Below are positions 8,364-17,198 of a stretch of 64,000 nucleotides of DNA, piece after piece. The stretch spans positions 149,757 to 213,756 of the forward strand of contig JBAZJZ010000001.1 of NCBI GenBank assembly GCA_041650995.1. Direction: 5' to 3'. How positions within the stretch are numbered: position 1 is the stretch's first letter; every line of letters begins with the position of its first letter. Under the pieces are notes generated by a model. That model saw nothing but the letters and a program-made list of their open reading frames with translations, did no database searches and had not been told where the DNA came from. The stretch comes from Patescibacteria group bacterium (GTDB lineage: Bacteria > Patescibacteriota > Patescibacteriia > XYB2-FULL-38-15). The position numbers and the translations under genes were made by a program.

Positions 8364-9503
8364 ATGAAATATATTTTAGTTATCAATTCTGGTAGCGCGA
8401 CGCTGAAGTTTGCACTTTTTGAAAAAGAAACGCTTAAAAAGATTGCTTCAGGAATTGTTGAGCGCATCAATCTGCCTGGGAGTTTTTTAGAATGTAAAAT
8501 TGGACGCCAAGAATTGAAAATCAATCGCCAAGCTTCTAATCATGAAGCAGCTTTTAAGTTAGTGTTAGAAAAAATTTCTAGCCAATATTCAAAGGAGAAT
8601 ATTCTAATTGTCGGCCATCGCGTTGTTCACGGCGGAGAGGAGTTTACCAAGCCGACGGTTATTACGCCAACGGTATTGAAAAATTTAGCAAAATATGATA
8701 AGTTATCGCCGTTGCATAATCCGGCGAATTTGATGGGAATTCGGGCATGCTTGAAGCTTTTGCCTCGCGCTAAAAATGTCGCGGTTTTTGACACGGCATT
8801 TTATAAAACTTTACCCGACTACGCCTACACTTACGCTCTTCCGATAGATTTTTATAAGAAGCATGCAATTCGGCGTTATGGTTTTCATGGAATTTCACAC
8901 GAATTTGTTGCGCACGAGGCGGCAAGAATTTTTAAAAAACCGTTAGCAAAATTAAATTTGATAACATGCCACCTGGGAAGTGGCGCGAGTATTACAGCAA
9001 TCCGCAACGGCCGGGCGGTGGATACAAGCATGGGCTTTACGCCGCTCGAAGGGCTCGTGATGTCAACGCGTTCCGGCGACCTTGATCCAGCTATTTTGCT
9101 TTATTTAATTCGAGAATTAAAATTAAGCCCGCAGGAAGTTGATAATATTTTAAATAAAAAATCGGGTCTTCTCGGTCTTTCGGGGATGGCCGACATGCGT
9201 GATGTGCTCACGGCTGCGGGTTATAAAGTAGCGGGATTTAAGGGTAAAAAAGTCGATGCGAAAAAAAGAAAATTAGCTAAACTCGCACTTCAAGTTTTTG
9301 TTTATCGGGTACAAAAATATATTGCTGCTTACGCCGGGATTTTAGGAAAAATTGATGCCATAATTTTTACGGCCGGCATTGGAGAGAGAAATAAAACAGT
9401 CAGGGATCTAATAATGAAAAATTTAAAAATTTCCGGCCAGCCGAAAATTTTAGCCATTCCGACGAACGAAGAATTGATGATTGTTCGAAAATTAAAAATT
9501 TAA
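8364..9503 (+). CDS. ackA: acetate kinase
   Basis: 379 aa, N-terminal ILVINSGSATLKFALF sugar-kinase fold, AckA length. Confidence 0.85.
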   Translation: MKYILVINSGSATLKFALFEKETLKKIASGIVERINLPGSFLECKIGRQELKINRQASNHEAAFKLVLEKISSQYSKENILIVGHRVVHGGEEFTKPTVITPTVLKNLAKYDKLSPLHNPANLMGIRACLKLLPRAKNVAVFDTAFYKTLPDYAYTYALPIDFYKKHAIRRYGFHGISHEFVAHEAARIFKKPLAKLNLITCHLGSGASITAIRNGRAVDTSMGFTPLEGLVMSTRSGDLDPAILLYLIRELKLSPQEVDNILNKKSGLLGLSGMADMRDVLTAAGYKVAGFKGKKVDAKKRKLAKLALQVFVYRVQKYIAAYAGILGKIDAIIFTAGIGERNKTVRDLIMKNLKISGQPKILAIPTNEELMIVRKLKI

Positions 9504-9512
9504 GATAAAACC

Positions 9513-9782
9513 ATGGAAGATCAAAAAACATCAATGAAATTAGAAGTGATTGAAAAAATTTCTGGGTTGGCTACAGCTAGTTTGGGTTTGGTGGCGGCTT
9601 TGGCTTGGAACGAAGCGATTTTAGAATTATTTAAAAAGATTTTTGGTGAGCAAGGTACGTTAATAGCAAAATTTATTTACGCAGTAGCGGTTACGATTTT
9701 AGTCATCTTAATTACAATTCAGTTTGGTAGGGTAATTAATAAATTGAAGGGAAAAACGGAAAAAAAGAATGACATTGCGTAA
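9513..9782 (+). CDS. small membrane protein (DUF5654-like)
   Basis: 89 aa, two hydrophobic helices. Overlaps the murJ start by 14 nt. Confidence 0.5.
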   Translation: MEDQKTSMKLEVIEKISGLATASLGLVAALAWNEAILELFKKIFGEQGTLIAKFIYAVAVTILVILITIQFGRVINKLKGKTEKKNDIA

Positions 9783-11400
9783 TATTTTTAACGGCGAATC
9801 AAAAACTATCACCGGAGCTGCTCTTCTTTTGGGGGCAGCTTCTTTGGCATCCCGTTTTTTGGGAGTTCTTCGTGATAGAGTTTTAGCCGGCGAGTTCGGA
9901 GCGGGAGATATGTTGGATATTTATTACGCCGCATTCCGAATTCCGGATTTGATTTTTAATTTATTAATTTTGGGCGCTCTTTCCGCCGGATTTATTCCAA
10001 TTTTTACTGCCGCGATATGTTCAGCAAAAGAAAAAAATGAACACCCAAAAGAAGCTTGGGAAATAGTAAACAGCGTGATGAATATTATGGGCGTGGCGCT
10101 CGCCGTGCTTTGTGGTTTGTTTATGGCATTTGCTCCCTGGATTATTCCCTTGATCACCCCGGGATTTGGATCGGAAAAAATGGCCATGACCATCACAATG
10201 ACGCAGATAATGATGCTCTCGTCGATTTTTTTGGGTTTTTCCAATATTTTAGGAAGTGTTCTGCAGTCGTTTAAAAGATTTTTTATCTATGCCCTAGCAC
10301 CGATTTTTTATAATATCGGGATAATTGTTGGCGCGCTGTTTTTTACAAAATGGTGGAATATTTATGGTTTGGCGTGGGGTGTCGTTTTGGGAGCTGCGGC
10401 TCATATGTTAATTCAGGCACCTGCTGCCTGGCAGCTGGGATTTCGTTATCGTTTGTTTTTTGATTTAGCTAATAAAAAGATTCGGGCGATTGGAAAAATG
10501 ATGATTCCAAGAACTCTTGGTCTTGCTGTATCGCAAATAAATTTAGTGGTAATGACAATAATTGCTTCAACTCTGGTTCCGGGGAGTTTAGCTGTTTTTA
10601 ATTTAGCAAATAATTTACAATATTTTCCGGTGGGAATTATCGGAATTTCTTTTGCCGTGGCTGCTTTTCCGCTTTTGGGAGAATTCGCCGCCGCCGGGAA
10701 AAAAGAGGAAATGGTTAAAAGTTTTTCCCACACCACGCGGCAAATTGTTTTTTTTATTGTTCCCGCTTCGGTTTTGCTTTTGGTTCTTCGCGCCCAGATT
10801 GTTCGCGTTATTTTCGGCGCCGGATATTTTGATTGGGAAGACACGATTTTGACAGCTGATACGCTCGCGTATTTTGTTTTAAGTTTGTTTGCTCAAGCTT
10901 TAATCCCGCTTTTGGCTAGATTCTTTTACGCCCTTCAGGACACTAAGACGCCGTTTTTTATCGGTTTGGTTTCGGCAGTAATAAATATTTTAGCTGCGGT
11001 TTTTTTGGTAAAACCTTGGGGTGTCGCGGGTTTGGCCATGGCTTTTTCAATTGCCTCAATTTTAAATTTTTGTTTACTTTGGATAATGCTTCGGATAAAA
11101 TTCGGGCCGCTTGATGAAGGGAATATTTTAAAATCAACTTTTAAAATTTCCGCTGCGGCTTCGCTTATGGCTTTTGCCGCGCAAACGATGAAATCCATTC
11201 TCGCGCCTTACGTTGATATGCAGACATTTTTGGGTGTGCTTGGGCAAGGGTTTGGCGCGGGAACTGTGGGAATTTTTATTTTTTCTGTTGTCGCTTTAGT
11301 TCTCGGCTCCCGTGAGATGGCTGCCCTCCGCGACGCCATAAAATATAAATTATTTAGAATAAAACGGCCGATTGTTAATATTGAGGAAGGCCCGAGATAA
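9769..11400 (+). CDS. murJ: lipid II flippase MurJ (MviN)
   Basis: 543 aa, ~14 TM, N-terminal GAALLLGAASLASRFLGVLRDRVLA and FRIPDLIFNLL typical of MurJ. Confidence 0.85.
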   Translation: MTLRNIFNGESKTITGAALLLGAASLASRFLGVLRDRVLAGEFGAGDMLDIYYAAFRIPDLIFNLLILGALSAGFIPIFTAAICSAKEKNEHPKEAWEIVNSVMNIMGVALAVLCGLFMAFAPWIIPLITPGFGSEKMAMTITMTQIMMLSSIFLGFSNILGSVLQSFKRFFIYALAPIFYNIGIIVGALFFTKWWNIYGLAWGVVLGAAAHMLIQAPAAWQLGFRYRLFFDLANKKIRAIGKMMIPRTLGLAVSQINLVVMTIIASTLVPGSLAVFNLANNLQYFPVGIIGISFAVAAFPLLGEFAAAGKKEEMVKSFSHTTRQIVFFIVPASVLLLVLRAQIVRVIFGAGYFDWEDTILTADTLAYFVLSLFAQALIPLLARFFYALQDTKTPFFIGLVSAVINILAAVFLVKPWGVAGLAMAFSIASILNFCLLWIMLRIKFGPLDEGNILKSTFKISAAASLMAFAAQTMKSILAPYVDMQTFLGVLGQGFGAGTVGIFIFSVVALVLGSREMAALRDAIKYKLFRIKRPIVNIEEGPR

Positions 11401-11402
11401 TT

Positions 11403-13184
11403 ATGCAGCAAGATAAGATTAGGAATTTTTGTATCATCGCTCATATTGATCACGGAAAGTCGACGCTCGCCGACCGTCTTTTGGAATTTACCGGAACCGT
11501 GTCGCGGCGGGAAATGAAAAATCAACTGCTTGATATGATGGATTTGGAACGAGAGCGGGGGATTACGATAAAATTGCAGCCGGTTAGAATGAATTACAAA
11601 GATTTTATTTTAAATTTGATTGATACTCCCGGTCATGTTGATTTTAATTATGAAGTTTCTCGTTCGCTTGCCGCAGTGGAAGGCGCTCTGCTTTTGGTTG
11701 ACGCGACTCAAGGAGTTCAGGCACAAACCCTGGGAAATTTATATTTGGCCTTAGAACAGAATTTAGCGATTATTCCGGTTGTCAATAAAGTTGATTTAAA
11801 AAACGCTGAAGTAGAAAAAACAGTTCAGGAAATTGTGGCTCTTGTCGGCTGTAAAAAAGAAGAAGTGATTTTGGCGTCTGGAAAAACCGGTGTTGGGGTG
11901 CCGGAAATTTTGGAAGCGGTTGTTAAAAAAGTTCCGCCGCCGGTTGGTGAAATTAATAATCCTCTCCGAGCTCTTATTTTTGATTCCAAATACGATGATT
12001 ATAAAGGCGTGGTGGCTTACGTCCGAGCTGTTGATGGCGAAGTAAAACGTGGCGACAAGATGTTTTTAATGGCTACAAAAACTGAAAGTGAAGTTTTGGA
12101 AGTAGGGTATTTTAAACCAAAGTTTCAGCCAGCCGAAAAATTATCGGTCGGGGAAATTGGTTATATTGTTACGGGTTTGAAAGAAATTGAAAAGTGTAGA
12201 GTTGGCGATACGGTTACTGCTCGTGGTTCAGAGTTAATGGTTCAAAGTTTGCCCGGCTACAAAGAAGTTAAGCCCATGGTTTTCGCGGGAATTTTTTGCA
12301 AAGAAGGGGATGATTTTCCGAAACTCAGAGAGGCGATTTTAAAATTAAAACTAAACGACGCATCGCTTACTTTTGAAACAGAACAATCCAAGGCTTTGGG
12401 ATTTGGTTTTCGGTGCGGTCTTTTGGGACTTCTCCACCTTGAAATAGTGGAAGAGCGACTGCGACGGGAACATAATCTTGATGTTATTGTTACGGTGCCG
12501 TCCGTGGCTTACCGTATTACTACGGCAAAAAATGAAGTGATAATTGTAAAAAGTCCGATGGAGTTGCCCGATCCGTCACACGTAAAATTGATTGAAGAGC
12601 CATGGATTAAAATTGATGTTGTTTCCCCCGGAAATTTTATTGGTGGAATTATGCAGATGGTTCAGGAAAAGAGAGGGGTGTATCAGAACACGGAATATCT
12701 TGACGCTGATCGGGTAATTTTACATTATGAAATTCCTCTCTCGGCAATTCTTGTGGATTTTTATGACAAATTAAAAAGTGTAAGTTCTGGTTATGCATCC
12801 TTGAATTATGAATTTTTTGGATATAAAAAAGCCGACGTTGTAAAAATGGATATTTTGGTCGCGAGCGAACCAGTTGAAGCGTTGGCCACAATTGTTTACC
12901 GCGATACGGCTCAGGACGTTGGTCGGAGGATTGTTCAGTCTTTGAAAAAAGTTTTGCCGCGGCAGATGTTTGAAGTTAAAATCCAGGCGGCACTTGGCGG
13001 AAAAATTGTTGCTTCAGAACATTTGCCAGCGATGAAAAAAGACGTGACTGCTAAACTTTACGGGGGAGATGTAACACGCAAGAACAAACTTTTGGAAAAA
13101 CAGAAAAAAGGTAAGAAAAAAATGAAAGCTTTGGGCAAGGTTGATATTCCACCAGAGGCATTTTTAGCGGTTTTGAAAAAATAG
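11403..13184 (+). CDS. lepA: elongation factor 4 (LepA)
   Basis: 593 aa, G1 box IIAHIDHGKSTLADRL, DTPGHVDF, NKVD. LepA-specific C-terminal domain. Confidence 0.9.
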   Translation: MQQDKIRNFCIIAHIDHGKSTLADRLLEFTGTVSRREMKNQLLDMMDLERERGITIKLQPVRMNYKDFILNLIDTPGHVDFNYEVSRSLAAVEGALLLVDATQGVQAQTLGNLYLALEQNLAIIPVVNKVDLKNAEVEKTVQEIVALVGCKKEEVILASGKTGVGVPEILEAVVKKVPPPVGEINNPLRALIFDSKYDDYKGVVAYVRAVDGEVKRGDKMFLMATKTESEVLEVGYFKPKFQPAEKLSVGEIGYIVTGLKEIEKCRVGDTVTARGSELMVQSLPGYKEVKPMVFAGIFCKEGDDFPKLREAILKLKLNDASLTFETEQSKALGFGFRCGLLGLLHLEIVEERLRREHNLDVIVTVPSVAYRITTAKNEVIIVKSPMELPDPSHVKLIEEPWIKIDVVSPGNFIGGIMQMVQEKRGVYQNTEYLDADRVILHYEIPLSAILVDFYDKLKSVSSGYASLNYEFFGYKKADVVKMDILVASEPVEALATIVYRDTAQDVGRRIVQSLKKVLPRQMFEVKIQAALGGKIVASEHLPAMKKDVTAKLYGGDVTRKNKLLEKQKKGKKKMKALGKVDIPPEAFLAVLKK

Positions 13185-13254
13185 CGAACGAGATGGAGTG
13201 GCACCGCCTTGCGGTGCCAAAAAGTAACAGCGCAAGGCGCTGTCATTCCGGAAT

Positions 13255-13279
13255 CCACGCGAAAAGCGTGGATTTTTAT
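13255..13279 (+). terminator. rho-independent terminator after lepA (ccacgc-gaaaa-gcgtgg + TTTTTAT)
   Basis: Third of three consecutive hairpins (13199..13218, 13228..13242, 13255..13271). Only this one has a U-tail. Confidence 0.7.
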
Positions 13280-13388
13280 ATTGGCGTGGAGTTGTTTGAA
13301 TTAGTATATATTAGCAATAATTATGACAATTTATTTTGGCTAATTTAAGCTAAAATAATGAATTTTTTGGGAAATAGTGTCAGAAACC

Positions 13389-13418
13389 CTTGACAAAATA
13401 CGGAATATATGTTATACT
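13389..13418 (+). promoter_or_regulatory. near-consensus sigma70 promoter TTGACA-N18-TATACT driving a ~410-nt leader and the high-GC ORFan
   Basis: cccTTGACAaaatacggaatatatgtTATACTta. Extended TG present. Confidence 0.55.
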
Positions 13419-13830
13419 TACTTGTTAAGCTGAAATAGGCTTAAAGATTAAAAAAAGTGCTTGTCGTGCTGGAACAGATGCGCTTCGCGCGCTGTTCTCC
13501 TACGAATTACGAATCTATTACGAATATACGAATAGATTACGCACATTGAAAAAAGTGCCAGAGAAACTTGGAGGAGGAAAGTCTTCGTGAACCATTAATT
13601 GGTAACCACGAGACCCGGCATGAGGTTCAATTAAATTTCGGTGTCCGTCCTGCGGATTACTAAAAGTTAATTGACCAAAATGCCACCGGCCAGTCCTGTG
13701 TTATCAGGACAGGCCAACTCACCTCCAAATTCCTCTGGCACACTCCGTAGAATCGGAGAGCCAAAGGTCAGATCGTGGATGGTTCCCGGTCTGATTTTTC
13801 ATAACTGCCAAGAGAAGAAGGAGATTGGAT

Positions 13831-14910
13831 ATGGCGGAAGCGACGAAGATCGTCCCGGTGCCGGCAGGCACCCTGACCGACGAGGATTACGAGGAAATGA
13901 TCGTCGCCGCCATGCCGTCTCCCGTGGAGACGCAGGTGGCGCCGACCCTGGTCGTGACCGAGCCGGAGAAGCCGGCCGAGCCCAAGAAGCGGCGGGTTTG
14001 CAGCAAGTGCGGCCACCACGACGGGAACAGCGTCGGCAGGATCAGGCGTGGTCGACTGGCCGAGAAGTGGGACAAGGAGCGGGGCATCAGGGTGTACTAC
14101 GTCGATTGGTTCTGCCAGCCCTGCCTCGACCGCGAGTCCGAATTGCTCGAGCTCGAATGCGATCCGCGTCCGGTCGGCAAGGGCGGATACCTCATCGCCC
14201 TTTGCGGCCTCCGGAACAAGGAGGAGGCCGAGCGCTACGCCGCTCGGACCGCCAGGGAGCGGTACCAGGTGGCGAAGGCCACATGGCTCGCCATCCTGGC
14301 GGGCGAGAAGCCCTTCCTCGAGAACGTCGAGAGGGAGACGGGGTGCTGCGAGTTCGGCGGCTGCGACACCGAAGTGGACGCCGAGGTGTTCGCTGTCGTG
14401 AACGGCCAGCTTCGCCGCTTCTGTCGCCTCCACGCCGAGACGCTGCGGGAGATCAAGGTGAAGGGGCGGAACAAAGACCCGCGCCTCATGGCCTGGCGAG
14501 GTCCGGAAGCTGAGGCCAAGTGCCAGCGGCACTTGGCCTGGCTCAGGCACCAGGCCAAGGAAGCCGAGCGCCGCGCGACCCCGGCGAGCCCCGAGTTCGT
14601 CGATCGTCTGAAGGGCGTCTTCGACCGTCGCTCCAACGATGAGCGCAAGGCCGACAGGAGCGAGGCGTCTCGGACCGCCAAGGAGCGGCAGGCGGCCTAC
14701 GCCGCGGCGCTTCGGAACGGCGGGAGCCTCGCTGACGTCGTGTCCGTGTCCGAAGAGACGGTCGAGACCAGGGACGACGGCTCGGATCCGGTCTGGGCCG
14801 AGATCGTCGCCCACAACCACGCGGTCGACGCCCGCTGCGCCGGCAAGCGCAAGAAGGGTGGCGGCAAGAAGGACGGCAAGGACAAGGGCGGCAAGAACAA
14901 GCGCCGCTAG
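13831..14910 (+). CDS. high-GC ORFan: Cys-cluster (Zn-binding-like) protein with lysine-rich C-terminal tail
   Basis: AAGGAG RBS 13817..13822, ATG 13831. ~65 % GC with G/C at ~90 % of third positions in this frame only; the minus 13768..14952 and other-frame ORFs are shadows. CSKCGHH...CQPC and CCEFGGCD...C clusters. KRKKGGGKKDGKDKGGKNKRR tail. Confidence 0.7.
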   Translation: MAEATKIVPVPAGTLTDEDYEEMIVAAMPSPVETQVAPTLVVTEPEKPAEPKKRRVCSKCGHHDGNSVGRIRRGRLAEKWDKERGIRVYYVDWFCQPCLDRESELLELECDPRPVGKGGYLIALCGLRNKEEAERYAARTARERYQVAKATWLAILAGEKPFLENVERETGCCEFGGCDTEVDAEVFAVVNGQLRRFCRLHAETLREIKVKGRNKDPRLMAWRGPEAEAKCQRHLAWLRHQAKEAERRATPASPEFVDRLKGVFDRRSNDERKADRSEASRTAKERQAAYAAALRNGGSLADVVSVSEETVETRDDGSDPVWAEIVAHNHAVDARCAGKRKKGGGKKDGKDKGGKNKRR

Positions 14911-14941
14911 CCGTCCCCTCGGTTCGTTCCTTTCAATATTT

Positions 14942-15063
14942 TCTTGGAGCAAGTAGTCTGTGCAATGCAGACACTGTTTGCAAATCGAGAAATCGAGGCG
15001 TGACAGGATCTTGCTCCAAGTCCCTTTCCTCTGAATCAGTATAAGTTGGTTTGGAGGAAAGGG
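14942..15063. repeat. nested inverted repeats downstream of the high-GC ORF
   Basis: cttggagcaag (14942..14952) / cttgctccaag (15009..15019). tccctttcctc (15021..15031) / gaggaaaggga (15053..15063). Internal gtctg-N7-cagac and a tandem aaatcgag x2. Confidence 0.6.
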
Positions 15064-15121
15064 ATTAATAACAAAAACAAAATTTTAGTCATTTTTGACT
15101 ATATTTAAATCCCATACAAGA

Positions 15122-15148
15122 ACACTGCCGCTTGGCGGTGTTTTTGTT
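15122..15148 (+). terminator. terminator-like hairpin (cactgccgc-ttg-gcggtg) + TTTTTGTTTT
   Basis: GC stem with U-run, directly upstream of the recJ promoter box (TGcTATAAT at 15159..15167). Confidence 0.5.
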
Positions 15149-15195
15149 TTAAAAGATGTGCTATAATAGTCCAATATTTATTTCTTAATTTATTT

Positions 15196-15291
15196 ATGAA
15201 AAAAAGAAATTTATTGAAAATCGTTTGGATAATTTTAAGCGCCATGATTGTTTTTTCAATGGTTATTTGGACGGTAGCCCCGATGTTTTAA
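15196..15291 (+). CDS. 31-aa hydrophobic micro-ORF (MKKRNLLKIVWIILSAMIVFSMVIWTVAPMF) between the promoter and recJ
   Basis: ATG..TAA in the leader of recJ. Single TM-like helix. Not in the ORF track (<60 aa). Confidence 0.3.
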   Translation: MKKRNLLKIVWIILSAMIVFSMVIWTVAPMF

Positions 15292-15300
15292 ATTGAGTTT

Positions 15301-17025
15301 ATGAAGTGGAAAATTGCTGAACAAATCAATGGGGAGTTTAAAAATAAATTTCCGGAGATTGATCCGGTGATTTTGCAATTACTGGCAAATCGGGGAATTA
15401 AAACTCAGGAGCAGATTGACGAATTTTTATATCCTGATTACAGCCAGGATATTCATGATCCATATCTTTTTTTAGATATGGAAAAAGCAGTGGAAAGAAT
15501 TTTTTTGGCTTTAGAAAAAAAAGAAAAAATAATAGTACACGGCGATTACGACGCTGACGGAGTTTGTTCGGCGTTAGTTGTGGTTTCTACTCTTTTAGCT
15601 ATGGGAGCTGATGTTCAGGTTTATTTGCCTCATCGCGAACTTGAGGGTTATGGATTGAATATGCAGACTGTGGAAGAACTTGGAAAAAATGGAGTGAATT
15701 TAATTATCACAACAGATTGTGGCATTAGCAATCGTCTGGAAATAAAAAGAGCTGCGGAACTTGGGATAGACGTAATTATTACCGACCATCACGCCGAGCC
15801 CCCGAATTTGCCGGAAGCGGCGTTTGCGATTATTGATCCGCACCTTTCTCGTGAGAAATATCCATTTCGCGACTTGGCTGGGGCGGGAGTTGCTTTTAAA
15901 TTAGTTCAGGCGATTTTAAAAAGTCCACAGTTTAAATTCGGCGGTTTGCAGTTTGACCCTGAGGCTTTTGAAAAATGGTTATTGGATTTAGTAGCAATTG
16001 CTACGATTACTGATATAATGCCTCTTTTGGGAGAAAACCGGACTTTGGTAAAACATGGGCTTTTGGTTTTAAATAAAACTCAGCGCATTGGTTTAAAAAA
16101 ATTAGTTGAATCGTTGGGATTAAATAAAAATAAAGATCTTGATGCGAAAAATGTTGCTTTTCAAATTGGACCGCGCCTTAACGCCGCTGGCAGAATAGAT
16201 CATGCTAATCAAGCGTATGAACTTTTAAAAATCGATGATGTGGTTGAAGTCCAAAATTTGGTTGACGCCCTAAATAAAACAAATGAAGGCAGGCAAGGTT
16301 TAAGCGAGCGCGTGATGGCCGAAGCCAAGGCGCAAATTGGGGAAGATATTGGCGAGCAAAAAGTTTTATTTGCAAAAGGCGACGGGTGGCCGGTTGGGAT
16401 TGTTGGTTTGGTTGCAGGGAAAATCGCTGAAAATTTTTGGCGACCGACTTTTATTATGACAGAGAGAGAGGAGGATATAATGGGTTCTGGCAGAAGTATT
16501 CCAGAGTTTGATATTACAGAAGGGCTTCACGAGGCAAAAGATTTTTTATCTCATTATGGCGGACACGCCGGCGCTTGCGGCTTTACTTTAAAAAATAAAA
16601 AAGATTTAAAAAAATTTGAAAAAATATTGAAAAAATTTGTGGAGCAAAAATTATCTGGATTAGAGCTTGTGCCGACATTGAATATTGATGCAGAAGTGCG
16701 TTTGGAAAAAATAAACTGGGAATTGTTTGAACTTTTGGAAAAATTTGCGCCATTTGGCAAGGCAAATGAGCGGCCGCGGTATTTAGGACGAGAATTTACA
16801 GTGGAAAGTTTTGAAAGTGTGGGGACAAATGGGAATCATCTTAGAACAAATTTGAGCCAGGGGAATGGTGTCCGAAAAAAATTTATCGGGTTTTGTTTTG
16901 GTGAGTGGTGTCGGAAATTAAAAGTTGGGGATAAGATTGATGTGGTTTTTGAGGTTGATGTTAATGAGTGGAATGGAAATAGGGAACTGCAGATGAAAAT
17001 TATTGATTTAAAATTGAGTGAATAA
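15301..17025 (+). CDS. recJ: single-stranded-DNA-specific exonuclease RecJ
   Basis: 574 aa. DHH motifs (HGDYDADGVCS, ITDHHAE), DHHA1 (GGHAGACG). Confidence 0.85.
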   Translation: MKWKIAEQINGEFKNKFPEIDPVILQLLANRGIKTQEQIDEFLYPDYSQDIHDPYLFLDMEKAVERIFLALEKKEKIIVHGDYDADGVCSALVVVSTLLAMGADVQVYLPHRELEGYGLNMQTVEELGKNGVNLIITTDCGISNRLEIKRAAELGIDVIITDHHAEPPNLPEAAFAIIDPHLSREKYPFRDLAGAGVAFKLVQAILKSPQFKFGGLQFDPEAFEKWLLDLVAIATITDIMPLLGENRTLVKHGLLVLNKTQRIGLKKLVESLGLNKNKDLDAKNVAFQIGPRLNAAGRIDHANQAYELLKIDDVVEVQNLVDALNKTNEGRQGLSERVMAEAKAQIGEDIGEQKVLFAKGDGWPVGIVGLVAGKIAENFWRPTFIMTEREEDIMGSGRSIPEFDITEGLHEAKDFLSHYGGHAGACGFTLKNKKDLKKFEKILKKFVEQKLSGLELVPTLNIDAEVRLEKINWELFELLEKFAPFGKANERPRYLGREFTVESFESVGTNGNHLRTNLSQGNGVRKKFIGFCFGEWCRKLKVGDKIDVVFEVDVNEWNGNRELQMKIIDLKLSE

Positions 17026-17028
17026 TTT

Positions 17029-17091
17029 ATGATTTATAACAAACTTCAAATTTTTACCGACGGCGGCGCGCGAGGTAATCCCGGACCGTCG
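17029..17091 (+). repeat. 63-bp direct duplicate (62/63 identical) of the first 21 codons of rnhA, creating an upstream pseudo-start
   Basis: ATGATTTATAACAAACTTCAAATTTTTACCGACGGCGGCGCGCGAGGTAATCCCGGACCGTC matches 17199..17261. Separated from it by a 107-bp GC-rich hairpin-rich spacer. Confidence 0.8.
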
Positions 17092-17198
17092 GCGCTTCGC
17101 GCCTCTTTAAAACCCCTCGGTTTTAATATTTCCGCTACGGGAAAACTGCGCTTTCCCGACCCCTTTCCCTCGGTCCGGGCGTTATTTTATTTAACATT

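Noticed and set aside
13560-13640. RNase P RNA-like P4 motif GGAGGAGGAAAGUC and downstream ACCCGGC
   Set aside because: The two elements are only ~40 nt apart instead of ~250-300 nt. No recognisable P1-P3, P10-12 or 3' ACCA context. Treated as part of the island's structured leader, not as rnpB.
13768-14952. 394-aa minus-strand ORF and several other long ORFs (13671..14513, 14048..14401, 14235..14681, 14639..14956) across the high-GC block
   Set aside because: Typical shadow ORFs of high-GC DNA. Only the + frame from 13831 shows third-position GC bias together with an RBS and ATG.
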